From NCBI GenBank assembly GCA_030146045.1, contig JASLDG010000006.1:1-61466 (forward strand): DNA of 61,466 nt. The letters are read 5' to 3'. The stretch comes from Candidatus Saccharimonadales bacterium. GTDB lineage: Bacteria; Patescibacteriota; Saccharimonadia; Saccharimonadales; Saccharimonadaceae. The position numbers and the translations under genes are program-made. The notes beneath the pieces were generated by a model. That model was given only the letters and a program-made list of their open reading frames with translations. It searched no databases and had not been told where the DNA came from. Positions 16,221-25,206 of this stretch are shown here, piece by piece (position 1 is the stretch's first letter; every line of letters begins with the position of its first letter).

Positions 16221-17004
16221 CTTTATCAAGCATCGCCGTAATCAGTTTTTCGTACACTTCATATGCCTGTTGCTCGTGCTCGGCCGACACGCGCAGGTAA
16301 TTTTCGAGCATACAACCTGCATTCACCTCCATCACCAAAATCGCCCCATCTACTGTCGTGACAATATCAACCGTGCCACTACGAAGATGGAGCGCATCAA
16401 GCGCAGAGCATGCAAGGTCTATTTCTTTTGCATGAGGCTGATATGACACTGGTGTCGCCCCAAGGCCCAGGTTAAACATTTTTAAATTATCGATTGTTAC
16501 CGGTAGCTTTTTATACACCAATAGCAATTCCCCGTCGCATATGCAGTAGCGTACTTCGTGGTCGATATCGAGGAATGGCGACACGGCCCACGCAAGCTCG
16601 TCTGTACTTTTAAGCCACGCTTCGGCAGCCATACTGTCCGCAAATCGGCGCACGCCATACCCACCGCTGGTGCCCTGAGCCGGTTTTACCACTACTGGAC
16701 CCGTAATCGCCTCGCCGTACTGTTGTATCGTGCCGTCACCGCCCTTTCGCAAGAGCGTATGGGGTACATGGGGTATGTTTTTCGCCGCAAGTACCTCGCT
16801 TGTTGCCACTTTATCATGTGCGATAGCTACCGCTCCGGCATTATTCATGCCAAATATATAGCCGCAAATCTCAGCACGCTTCCCCCTGTACTCGAGCAGT
16901 TGTACCCATCCACCCGATAGCGCCCGGTAGGCAATTCCGCGTTGCTCGCAGATCGTCGCGATCATGCGCTCCATCTTGCGATCATAGATATATTGACCTT
17001 TCAT
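16210..17004 (-). CDS. Compact ATP-grasp fold ligase (RimK-like), substrate unknown
   Basis: 264 aa. HDKVATSEVLAAKNIPHVP, PVVVKPAQGTSGGYGV (P-loop-like ATP-grasp motif) and ILVMEVNAG (Mg-binding E-x-N). Confidence 0.65.
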   Translation of the reverse strand: MKGQYIYDRKMERMIATICEQRGIAYRALSGGWVQLLEYRGKRAEICGYIFGMNNAGAVAIAHDKVATSEVLAAKNIPHVPHTLLRKGGDGTIQQYGEAITGPVVVKPAQGTSGGYGVRRFADSMAAEAWLKSTDELAWAVSPFLDIDHEVRYCICDGELLLVYKKLPVTIDNLKMFNLGLGATPVSYQPHAKEIDLACSALDALHLRSGTVDIVTTVDGAILVMEVNAGCMLENYLRVSAEHEQQAYEVYEKLITAMLDKEKD

Positions 17005-17051
17005 CTTTTACAGTATATCGCACCCCTTAAAATTTGGTATACTGGTTGCAT

Positions 17052-17128
17052 GCCCCGATAGCTCAGCTGGATAGAGCAGAGGACTTCTAAGCCTAAGGTC
17101 GCTGGTTCGAACCCAGCTCGGGGTACCA
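17052..17128 (+). tRNA. tRNA-Arg (anticodon TCT)
   Basis: GCCCCGA-TA-GCTC-AGCTGGATA-GAGC-A-GAGGA-CTTCTAA-GCCTA-AGGTC-GCTGG-TTCGAAC-CCAGC-TCGGGGT-A-CCA. The anticodon stem has only 3 Watson-Crick pairs (G27.A43 and A31.G39 mismatches). Confidence 0.8.
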
Positions 17129-17177
17129 TACTGCTTATGTTAATAGTCATCTGGTATTCTGCTAGACTAGTAGTACG

Positions 17178-17657
17178 ATGCTTTACTCTCAAAAATACTG
17201 CCTTGTTCACTTTATTGACCACCAAAAAGATGATAGTGAATTTAATATGAGCCGCTGGCCACTCCACGTTACGCTCGCAGATGTATTTGCAATCGACTTG
17301 AAGCAATCCGCAATTATCGAAAACCTTGAAACGCTATCTAGAAAATTAGCACCCGTGACGTTAAGCGCCGAAAATGAATCGATACTCGGCGAAACGCCCG
17401 TCGTGTTACTATCCAAATCACCCGATTTACTACAGTTACACGAAGATATCGTTTCGTTTATTGAAGCTGATGGTGCCGTATTTAATAACCCTGAATTCAC
17501 CAGAGCTGGCTTTATCGGGCATAGTACAATCCAAAATGAACAACGCCTGGAAATTGATGAGGTTATTACTATCGACTCGCTTTCATTGGTTGATATGTTT
17601 CCCGAAGGAGACTGGCAAAGGAGAAAAGTCCTGGCGACGTTTCCATTGTCAAAGTAG
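17178..17657 (+). CDS. 2H phosphoesterase superfamily protein (LigT/CPDase-like)
   Basis: 159 aa with two H-x-T/S-x motifs about 85 aa apart: WPLHVTLADV and FIGHSTIQNE. Confidence 0.6.
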   Translation: MLYSQKYCLVHFIDHQKDDSEFNMSRWPLHVTLADVFAIDLKQSAIIENLETLSRKLAPVTLSAENESILGETPVVLLSKSPDLLQLHEDIVSFIEADGAVFNNPEFTRAGFIGHSTIQNEQRLEIDEVITIDSLSLVDMFPEGDWQRRKVLATFPLSK

Positions 17658-17756
17658 ACCTATTTATTTCTCGAACCTTAGTAGCAATAAGCAACACGAT
17701 GGGGTACCAAAATGATCATACTTGTTTATGTCATCTTACATGTTTACTATTAACTT

Positions 17757-17978
17757 ATGACTGATAACAATTCTGAATTTCCCAAATACCAGATAAATAT
17801 CGGCGGCCAGGAACACTGGCTACCACGACGAGAAGCAGGAATTGAGCTAAATAGCCATTACCGTCCAGTGTCTCTTGGTAGTAAGGCACTCGAGGAATCT
17901 GGGATTACACGGGATATTACGTGCGAAGAACGAGATCAGATGAATGATATCGCTGATGAGTGGGATGCGGCTAAGTAG
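17757..17978 (+). CDS. Hypothetical small acidic protein
   Basis: 73 aa ORF between the 2H and HAD-like genes. No recognisable motif. Confidence 0.35.
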   Translation: MTDNNSEFPKYQINIGGQEHWLPRREAGIELNSHYRPVSLGSKALEESGITRDITCEERDQMNDIADEWDAAK

Positions 17979-18086
17979 TAATTTGCGCCAATCCAGTTCT
18001 AGCCTCGCACAAAACGCTATACCAGAATTTATAAATATTTTGCCCATGCTTGCACGCTTCATAAAATCAAATCATAATAGCAGTTC

Positions 18087-18455
18087 ATGAGCGACAACGA
18101 AAAGCCACTTTTTGTACTGGACGTAGATTTAACGATATATGATGGTTTTGCGAGACCTCCGCGTTTGATAGATGGGAGTAAGATACTGCTCCAAACTCTT
18201 AGCACGCTTGGCGAGGTACGTCTTTGGTCTGCCGGAGGTGAATCTCATGCCAGAGAGGTGGCGCAAAGATTCGAGCTTGCAGACATGATTAGTGATTATC
18301 ACGATAAGCCTCCTTACCCTCCAACTGAGGAAAGTGCCATTAGAATACTTGGTAGAAAAGCTGCATTGCAGATTGATGATGACGTGAGCGAGCGTGTTGC
18401 TGATTGGCCATTTGTAGAAGCGACAGCTATGCGTGAGCAATACGGACAGTATTAG
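18087..18455 (+). CDS. Small capless HAD-superfamily phosphatase-like protein
   Basis: 122 aa. FVLDVDLTIYDG (DxDxT motif I), LWSAGG (motif II S/T), HDKPP (motif III K), LQIDDD (motif IV). Confidence 0.45.
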   Translation: MSDNEKPLFVLDVDLTIYDGFARPPRLIDGSKILLQTLSTLGEVRLWSAGGESHAREVAQRFELADMISDYHDKPPYPPTEESAIRILGRKAALQIDDDVSERVADWPFVEATAMREQYGQY

Positions 18456-18524
18456 GTTAGATACCAACATCTCGAATTATATAATACAGGTAAAGTCTTG
18501 GTCCGTGGAGTGAATCAATCAATC

Positions 18525-19580
18525 TTAAGCAGCCACATCAATCATCTGCGCGTCATCTTTGATTGCGCCTACTAATTCCTCGAGTACGTCTTCGAGCATA
18601 ACAATGCCAAGGATTTTACCGTTTCGAATGTGCTTGACTTGAGCGATATGCGTACCCGAGTGCTGCATTGTCACCAGTGCATCGCGGAGCGAATCGGTTG
18701 ATTTGAGTGACACAAGCGGCCAAATATAGCGCGTTGGCAGTATTTCGTGATACTGCGCATCATCGATATCAATAATATCCTTGAGGTGTACATAGCCGAT
18801 CAATTTATCGTTCTCACCGCGCATCGGGAAACGCGAGAACCCTGTTTTAACACTCAGCTGCTCGATTTCTGCAGGTGTGGCATTACGGGTCACCTCCACA
18901 ACACCCTCGTACGGCAACAGGACGCCACGAATCGTGCGCTCGTCAAGTCGCAGTGCCCGCGAAATAATATGCTCTTCATCCTGGCTGAGAAGACCTTCGC
19001 GATGCGACTCTTTAACAAAGCCAGCTACTTCGTCACGACTGAAGCTGCTCGCGACTTCTTGACGAGGCTTAACCCCAACCAAACGCAGACAACCATTTGC
19101 CACGATATTGAGTAGCACAACCAGTGGCTTACATACACGTACAATTAACAGAAGAGGTGGCGTGAGCAAAAGGGCGGTTTTTGTTGGCGAAGCGAGCGCA
19201 AGATTTTTTGGAACCATCTCGCCGATAACCACGTGTAAATAGACGGTGATCGCGAGAGCAATTACTAATGAAATAGGATGAATAAACTCATGACCTACCC
19301 CACTCGCTGCGAGAGGCTGTTCGAGCACATGCGCGATGACCGGTTCGGCGACCGCGCCAAGTACAAGTGAACATGCTGTCACGCCAAGCTGCGCACCTGC
19401 AAGCATCAATGAAACGTTTTCCATCGCCACCAGCGTGTACCGCGCCGACCGGGAGCCATTCAGCGCTTCAAGCTCTACCTTACTGCGACGTACCGACACC
19501 AAGCCAAACTCAGCACCCACAAAAAAAGCATTGCCCAGTAACATAAAGATACCGATCGTTATACCAAGTTCAAAACTCAC
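18525..19580 (-). CDS. CNNM/DUF21 transmembrane domain plus CBS-pair protein (HlyC/CorC family, no CorC_HlyC C-domain)
   Basis: 351 aa. N-terminal 4-TM DUF21-like region, GEMVPKNLAL motif and a CBS pair. 4-nt overlap with the upstream paralogue. Confidence 0.8.
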   Translation of the reverse strand: MSFELGITIGIFMLLGNAFFVGAEFGLVSVRRSKVELEALNGSRSARYTLVAMENVSLMLAGAQLGVTACSLVLGAVAEPVIAHVLEQPLAASGVGHEFIHPISLVIALAITVYLHVVIGEMVPKNLALASPTKTALLLTPPLLLIVRVCKPLVVLLNIVANGCLRLVGVKPRQEVASSFSRDEVAGFVKESHREGLLSQDEEHIISRALRLDERTIRGVLLPYEGVVEVTRNATPAEIEQLSVKTGFSRFPMRGENDKLIGYVHLKDIIDIDDAQYHEILPTRYIWPLVSLKSTDSLRDALVTMQHSGTHIAQVKHIRNGKILGIVMLEDVLEELVGAIKDDAQMIDVAA

Positions 19581-20926
19581 GGTGAAGGCTCCTCCTCTGG
19601 CGCTGGCCCCTGAATGGTCAGCTTGATGTAATCAACGCGACGGCCTTCCATGCGCTCAACGGTCAAACAAACAATATACCTCGTGCCATCACGGTGTACG
19701 CCAATAACGGTGACCGACTCGCCAACGTGCGGAATACGACCAAACCGGTCAAGTGCCAAACCAGCAACGGTCTCGAAATCCTCTTCTTCAGGCAAGAATA
19801 TACCAATACTTTTGGCAAGTTCATCGATACGCAGCAAGCCTGATACGGTCCAGGTATTTTCACCGTGCGCGGCAACCGACTTACGCGAAAGATCATGTTC
19901 GTCCTTAACATCACCAACAAGCTCTTCGAGTAAATCCTCAATACTGACAATGCCATCCGTACCGCCAAACTCATCAATGACGATAGCCATCTGCAAACCA
20001 CCCGCTCGCAATGCCCGTAGAAGCGGCTCAGTTTCCATACTCGCAGGCACCGCAATCGGTGGCTGCATCACTTCTCGGACCTGCACCTTGCTGCGACGTG
20101 TTTTTGGTACCGCAAAGGCATGCTTGATATGAACCACACCAATAATATCGTCGAGGCTTTCGCCCGTCACTGGAAAGCGCGACAAACCGGAATCACGTGC
20201 CAGCGTAAGAATGGCCGCCACTGGCGCATCAGCCGCAATCGACTTGACACGAACGCGCGGCGTCATAACATCGGCAGCGGTATGCTCACCGAAACTCAAT
20301 GCACGATCGAGCAGCGCCGCAGTATCTTTGGCAAGGGTGCCTTTTACAGCCGAGCGGCGCACGATAGATAGCAACTCATCAGCCGAACGCGCCGAAGCCA
20401 ATTCTTCTTGTGGTTCAACACCAAACAGACGGAGGATCAAATTTGCGGTTGCATTAAGCACTCGAATAGGCCAGGCCATCATAGCTGTAAAGAACTGCTG
20501 CGGCCCAACGACGAATTTTGCAGTAGCAATCGGATGTGCCAACGCTAAATTCTTCGGAATAAGCTCACCAAAAATCATGGTGACGGTCGTCGCCACAACA
20601 ACACCGATCACGACTGCAAGTGGCCATAGCAATGCATCGTCGATACCGATAGCGAGGAGGGGTCCGCGCACAACGCTGCCAATTGCTGGCTCGGCTAAAA
20701 ATCCGATAGCGAGGTTGGTGATCGTGATACCAATTTGCGCACCCGAAAGCTGCAGCGAAAGTGAGCGTTGACCACTCAGAACACGGGCGGCACGCTTATC
20801 ACCCTGAGCAGCACGACGCTCAACTTTTGAACGGCTCGCCGTAATCAGCGAAAATTCCGCCGCCACAAATATCGCACACAACGCCACAAGTCCTCCAGAG
20901 ATAAGTAGCGGAAGAAAAACTGACAT
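19577..20926 (-). CDS. Hemolysin/CorC family protein (DUF21 + CBS pair + CorC_HlyC domain)
   Basis: 449 aa. GELIPKNLAL, a CBS pair, and a C-terminal transporter-associated domain (WTVSGLLRIDEL...ETVAGLALDRFGRIPHVGESV). Confidence 0.85.
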   Translation of the reverse strand: MSVFLPLLISGGLVALCAIFVAAEFSLITASRSKVERRAAQGDKRAARVLSGQRSLSLQLSGAQIGITITNLAIGFLAEPAIGSVVRGPLLAIGIDDALLWPLAVVIGVVVATTVTMIFGELIPKNLALAHPIATAKFVVGPQQFFTAMMAWPIRVLNATANLILRLFGVEPQEELASARSADELLSIVRRSAVKGTLAKDTAALLDRALSFGEHTAADVMTPRVRVKSIAADAPVAAILTLARDSGLSRFPVTGESLDDIIGVVHIKHAFAVPKTRRSKVQVREVMQPPIAVPASMETEPLLRALRAGGLQMAIVIDEFGGTDGIVSIEDLLEELVGDVKDEHDLSRKSVAAHGENTWTVSGLLRIDELAKSIGIFLPEEEDFETVAGLALDRFGRIPHVGESVTVIGVHRDGTRYIVCLTVERMEGRRVDYIKLTIQGPAPEEEPSP

Positions 20927-20972
20927 CTACGAGGCGTATACCTCAAGAGTTATTATTCGCATATGAATAGAG

Positions 20973-23486
20973 TTATTGTAACACATTACTTGGTGGCTGT
21001 GGAGGCGAAGGTGCTGGCGCCTCAAGCGGTGGCGCGACAGGCTGCATAGGAGGTGCTGCTACTGGCGGCACCGATTGTGGTGCTGGCTCGTCACCGAGTG
21101 CCGCTGCTACTTGCTCATAGGTAATCTCGATCACACTCCCAGGAGCAACACCGCCTGCAAGCATTTGCTTTGCAACGAGATTCTCAACCGCACGCTGCAC
21201 GACTCGACGCATCGGACGTGCACCAAGACGTGGATCATACCCGCGATCAACAAGGAGCTGTTTCGCATCATCCGCAACATGAACAGCGATTTTCTGGAGC
21301 GCAAGCTGTTTATTAATACCAGCCAAGATTAAATCGATCACTTGAATGAGCTCTTCTTTGCCAAGTGGCGTAAAGATTACGACTTCGTCAAAGCGATTCA
21401 AAAACTCCGGCCGGAATTGATTGCTATTAATAAGCTCATCCATGAATTGTTGCTGAAAATCTTGCAGCTTGTAGCCCCGCTCAATATATTCACGAATGCG
21501 GTCAGCACCGGCGTTACTCGTTGCAATCACAATCGCGTCGCGAAAACTCACTTCGCGGTTTTTGATGTCGCGCAAAATACCTTCATCAAGCAGCTGAAGC
21601 AGTGTTGTGAGCACCTGCGGATGTGCTTTTTCTATCTCATCAAGCAGCACCACGCTAAACGGCTGCTTCATCGCCTGCGCCGTAAGGCTACTTGGGTCGT
21701 CGGCACCGTCAGCAATCAAACGCGACACATCTTCGGGTCGCACAAACTCATTCAGGTCAAGCCGAATTAATCGATCTTCACCGCCAAAATAAACATCGCC
21801 AAGCGCCTTAGAAAGTTCCGTCTTACCCACACCGGTTGGCCCCAAGAATAAGAAAGTACCAATGGGACGATTTTCGTTACGCACACCGGCACGAGCTCGA
21901 CGCAACGCGTCACTCACCACTTGTACCGCGCGTGTCTGATTGATCATACGTTTATGAATCAAATCTTCGAGATTCAATAGCTTCTCGCGTTCGTCATCAG
22001 CATTCGCCACCCCAACCTTTATGTTCATCGTCTGCTCAATCGCTGCCTGTACAGAATTAGCCGTAATAAATCCACCCGAACCATACCCAGCAGCACTTTC
22101 TAGGAGCTTCAATGCCCTGCCTGGCATTGCTAAATCATGAATATAGCGCTCGCTCAGGCGATATGCTTCAGCTAGGGACTGATACATGTAGGTAACATTG
22201 CGCTGGTACTCGGCGATGATAAGCTGATTTTGCATCACCATCATCGTCTCCTCGCGCGTTGCTGGTGCTACCGAAATGCGGTTCAGGGCATTGATAAGTG
22301 CTGGGTTGCGCTGACCAATCTGCAAGAACCGCTGCTCGTCCATCGTGAGAATAATACGCAAATTACCCGCTTCAAGGATTGGCAACAGGACATTCGTAAG
22401 GTCAACTGAGCCAATACCTTCTTCAAAAAAGAGCTGCGCGTTATCAAGACAAATAATGATATTTTTGGCACTATATGCCTCGCCGAGCACTTGCATGATC
22501 AGCCCCTCGAGCTCGCCACGACCAGGGGCGGCCGCAATCAAGGCTGCTGAATCAAGAATAAATACTTGACGAAAGCGAAGGCTCTCAGGAATCTTAGCTT
22601 TGGCATCCAGTAACTGATCAGCAAATGCGTGGACAATCGTTGTCTTACCTACACCCGTTTCGCCCACAAGCGCAGCATTTTGGCGTCCACCACCGCCAAA
22701 CGTATCAATTAACTGTGCAACCGCATGGGCGTGTGACGCAAAATCAACCGAAAAATTACCACCTGACTGATCGCTCAGATTTTGCCCAAACCGTTTCAAA
22801 AGAGGAATATAGCCAAACGAAAAATCACGAGCAATACCACCGGTGCGTCGGGGCTGTTTCGTTTGCTGTGCGAGCTCGCGTAAATGGTCATACCAGCGCA
22901 CACCTCCGTACAAATCCTCTAGATCAAGCTGCATATGCGCCAAAAGTGACTCATATTCGGCGAAGCTGCGTAGAATCGCCACGCTCAAAATCGCACCCGT
23001 AATATGCTCACTCCCCGTCTGAGCTCGAATTGCAAGGGCATGCTGCCAAATGACCTCCGTATGAGCCGGGTCATCACTCGTCACATTTTCGAGGAAGTTG
23101 GCGGTCATTCCGAACCGCAGCGCAAAAAAGACACCACCCTTGCTTGACGCCGTCAGGGCGGCCAATTGCTTTGGCGTCACGTTAGCCGGAATTTGGCCCA
23201 AAATATCCGTCGCGACAATAGCATCAATCGTGCCGTTCATGCCTGTTGGAATATGATGAAGCTCTCCGTGCCACCACTTCCACACCATATAGAATGGCGC
23301 GCTCAGCCCGATGACCACCCATCCGATAGCAATATGCACCGCCACAAGCGCTGCACCACCCACGATAAGAGTGATCGTCACCACAAGGAGTAACAATTGA
23401 ATAGGACGCGATAGCATCCGTCCAAGTCGAGCTTTTTGCGCTCGCTCGCTTGCTACATCGCAACGTGGGGCGTACTGCTGATCCAT
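20973..23486 (-). CDS. Membrane-anchored two-ring AAA+ Clp/Hsp100-like ATPase
   Basis: Start moved to the ATG at 23486 (MDQQYAPR...), which forms a TAATG overlap with the upstream gene. Two N-terminal TM helices (IQLLLLVVTITLIVGGAALVAVHIAIGWVVIGLSAPFYMVW). D1 Walker A is GETGVGKTT but its Walker B is IIICLDNAQ (Asn where Glu is expected). D2 has GPTGVGKTE, VVLLDEIEKAH and GARPMRR. Pro-rich C-terminal tail. Confidence 0.85.
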   Translation of the reverse strand: MDQQYAPRCDVASERAQKARLGRMLSRPIQLLLLVVTITLIVGGAALVAVHIAIGWVVIGLSAPFYMVWKWWHGELHHIPTGMNGTIDAIVATDILGQIPANVTPKQLAALTASSKGGVFFALRFGMTANFLENVTSDDPAHTEVIWQHALAIRAQTGSEHITGAILSVAILRSFAEYESLLAHMQLDLEDLYGGVRWYDHLRELAQQTKQPRRTGGIARDFSFGYIPLLKRFGQNLSDQSGGNFSVDFASHAHAVAQLIDTFGGGGRQNAALVGETGVGKTTIVHAFADQLLDAKAKIPESLRFRQVFILDSAALIAAAPGRGELEGLIMQVLGEAYSAKNIIICLDNAQLFFEEGIGSVDLTNVLLPILEAGNLRIILTMDEQRFLQIGQRNPALINALNRISVAPATREETMMVMQNQLIIAEYQRNVTYMYQSLAEAYRLSERYIHDLAMPGRALKLLESAAGYGSGGFITANSVQAAIEQTMNIKVGVANADDEREKLLNLEDLIHKRMINQTRAVQVVSDALRRARAGVRNENRPIGTFLFLGPTGVGKTELSKALGDVYFGGEDRLIRLDLNEFVRPEDVSRLIADGADDPSSLTAQAMKQPFSVVLLDEIEKAHPQVLTTLLQLLDEGILRDIKNREVSFRDAIVIATSNAGADRIREYIERGYKLQDFQQQFMDELINSNQFRPEFLNRFDEVVIFTPLGKEELIQVIDLILAGINKQLALQKIAVHVADDAKQLLVDRGYDPRLGARPMRRVVQRAVENLVAKQMLAGGVAPGSVIEITYEQVAAALGDEPAPQSVPPVAAPPMQPVAPPLEAPAPSPPQPPSNVLQ

Positions 23487-23866
23487 TAGAAATGAACCCC
23501 CATTGCCGCTAGAACAATACCAATGACTGGCGCAACCGGCACAAGAAACCAAACGGCAAGCACCAGAGCACTATACACAACAAAGAGGGCAATAGAGATG
23601 AGCCCGATCAGCAAAATCGCCGTTCGTATAATCGCCCCGAGAATACGAGAAATAAGCTTATCTAAAAACGCGCGAAACTTTACTTCAAGTGGACCATCAA
23701 CTCGGCCAACACCGTCTTGGCGAAACGGAGCGAATAATGTCTTGGCAAGGAGATCAATTGAAAAATAATCAACAAGACCGTCTAATCGTACGCTCAACGC
23801 GCGCGCCTGCAGTACCCACCCAGCACCATACCACCACTTAAAAAGACTGACAAAAAGCATAATCAT
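23486..23866 (-). CDS. Small membrane protein cotranslated with the Clp-like ATPase
   Basis: Start moved to the ATG at 23866 (MIMLFVSLFKWWYGAGW...). The longer track ORF would overlap the divergent murT start. The C-terminal half has two hydrophobic helices. Confidence 0.5.
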   Translation of the reverse strand: MIMLFVSLFKWWYGAGWVLQARALSVRLDGLVDYFSIDLLAKTLFAPFRQDGVGRVDGPLEVKFRAFLDKLISRILGAIIRTAILLIGLISIALFVVYSALVLAVWFLVPVAPVIGIVLAAMGVHF

Positions 23867-23919
23867 ATTGTAGCATTTTGGCCGCCGAGCGAACAGTGCA
23901 ATGATATAATAGGTAACAT

Positions 23920-25206
23920 ATGACCAAACCCTACACGGTTCTTGCCGGCAAAACAGTCCGCTACATTGCACGCCTGCGCGGTGGTGGATCGGCACTGCCC
24001 GGGCTTTTTGTTGAAAAAATTGACCGGTCATTTGTCAGCGATACACTCGCGAACCTTCCTCATGGCGTCGTCCTTGTGAGCGGCACGAATGGAAAAACAA
24101 CAACGACTAAAATGGTTGTCTCGCTGCTTGAAAGCCAAGGACTTCGCGTTTTTACGAATCGTACCGGAAGCAACTTCGTACGTGGTGTTGCGGCTGCGCT
24201 CTTGGCCGAGGTTGATACCCGCGGCGTGCTTGATGCCGATGTTGCCGTGCTTGAGCTTGACGAGGCACATGCGGTCAAATTCGTCGAGCTCGTTAAACCA
24301 CGATACGCGCTTCTTCTTAACGTCATGCGCGACCAGCTTGATCGCTTTGGCGAGATCGACACCACCGCGGCCATGCTCCACGCCATAGCGCGCGCTACAA
24401 CTGAGGCCGTCGTAATTAATCGTGATGATCCTCGCATCGGAAGTCCCCAATTCACTAAAGACATTGGCGTACCGACACGCAGCTTCGGCGTTGATCCAAC
24501 TCTTCGTACTCAGTTTCCATCGGACGATGATTTTCATAGCGACAACAATCCAGCAGCTCCCCCCTCCACGGCTATCCGTCATGATGACACAAGCCTGGTA
24601 TCGTTTACGGGGCAGCGGGCAACCATTGCATTCAACGGAGCTGACCATACAGTCGATTTACAACTTAATGGTATTTATAACGTTCTCAATGCTGTTGGCG
24701 CGGTTGCTTTATGTCGGCTCGTAATGGCCGACAAGCTCGATACCGACGCTATGCTCGACTCGCTTGCTCAGGTTACTCCTGCATTTGGACGCGGTGAAAC
24801 TATTATGGTCGACAACCAACCCGTACAACTCGTACTCGTTAAAAACCCAAGTGGGTTCCGGCTCGGTCTCGAGTCGTTTGATCCAACTGGTACAGCGACA
24901 ATGATTGCCATTAATGATAATTATGCTGATGGGCGCGATATGAGCTGGCTCTGGGACGTGTCTTTTGATCGCCTTCAGGAGCATGGTGTTGCCGAATTAT
25001 CTGGAGTGCGCGCCTACGATATGGCGCTTCGCTTGCAATACGATGACATTACCATTTCGCACATCGACACAAGTTTGTCACGCTCGCTTGAGCACTTCCT
25101 CAAAAACAACGCCAATATGCCAAAACGCATCTATTGCACCTATACTGCTATGCTGGCGCTGCGCCGTGAGCTCGCTAAAAAAACAACCGTGGAGACCGTT
25201 TCGTGA
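23920..25206 (+). CDS. murT: Lipid II isoglutaminyl synthase, Mur-ligase-like subunit
   Basis: 428 aa. VSGTNGKTTTTKMV, MRDQLDRFGEID and INDNYADGRDMSWLWDVSFDRL match conserved MurT blocks (compared from memory with S. aureus MurT). Confidence 0.88.
   Translation: MTKPYTVLAGKTVRYIARLRGGGSALPGLFVEKIDRSFVSDTLANLPHGVVLVSGTNGKTTTTKMVVSLLESQGLRVFTNRTGSNFVRGVAAALLAEVDTRGVLDADVAVLELDEAHAVKFVELVKPRYALLLNVMRDQLDRFGEIDTTAAMLHAIARATTEAVVINRDDPRIGSPQFTKDIGVPTRSFGVDPTLRTQFPSDDDFHSDNNPAAPPSTAIRHDDTSLVSFTGQRATIAFNGADHTVDLQLNGIYNVLNAVGAVALCRLVMADKLDTDAMLDSLAQVTPAFGRGETIMVDNQPVQLVLVKNPSGFRLGLESFDPTGTATMIAINDNYADGRDMSWLWDVSFDRLQEHGVAELSGVRAYDMALRLQYDDITISHIDTSLSRSLEHFLKNNANMPKRIYCTYTAMLALRRELAKKTTVETVS

Noticed and set aside
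17701-17709. A 9-nt match (ggggtacca) to the 3' end of tRNA-Arg(TCT), as a possible attR that would delimit a ~580-bp island carrying the 2H gene.
   Set aside because: A 9-mer is expected to recur by chance in a window of this size, and the flanking bases do not extend the match.
17130-18520. A low-GC genomic islet downstream of tRNA-Arg(TCT).
   Set aside because: Hand counts are heterogeneous (26/60 at 17761-17820 but 35/60 at 18201-18260) and fall within the spread seen in core genes, so composition does not support an island.
20973-23552. N-terminally extended versions of several track ORFs (20973..23552, 23486..24031, 33878..35239, 47977..49122, 11158..11601, 35561..37081, 26690..27211).
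   Set aside because: The extensions overlap neighbouring genes or divergent promoters, lack an RBS, and translate to Cys/Arg-rich junk. Internal ATGs with an RBS or family-typical N-termini were preferred.
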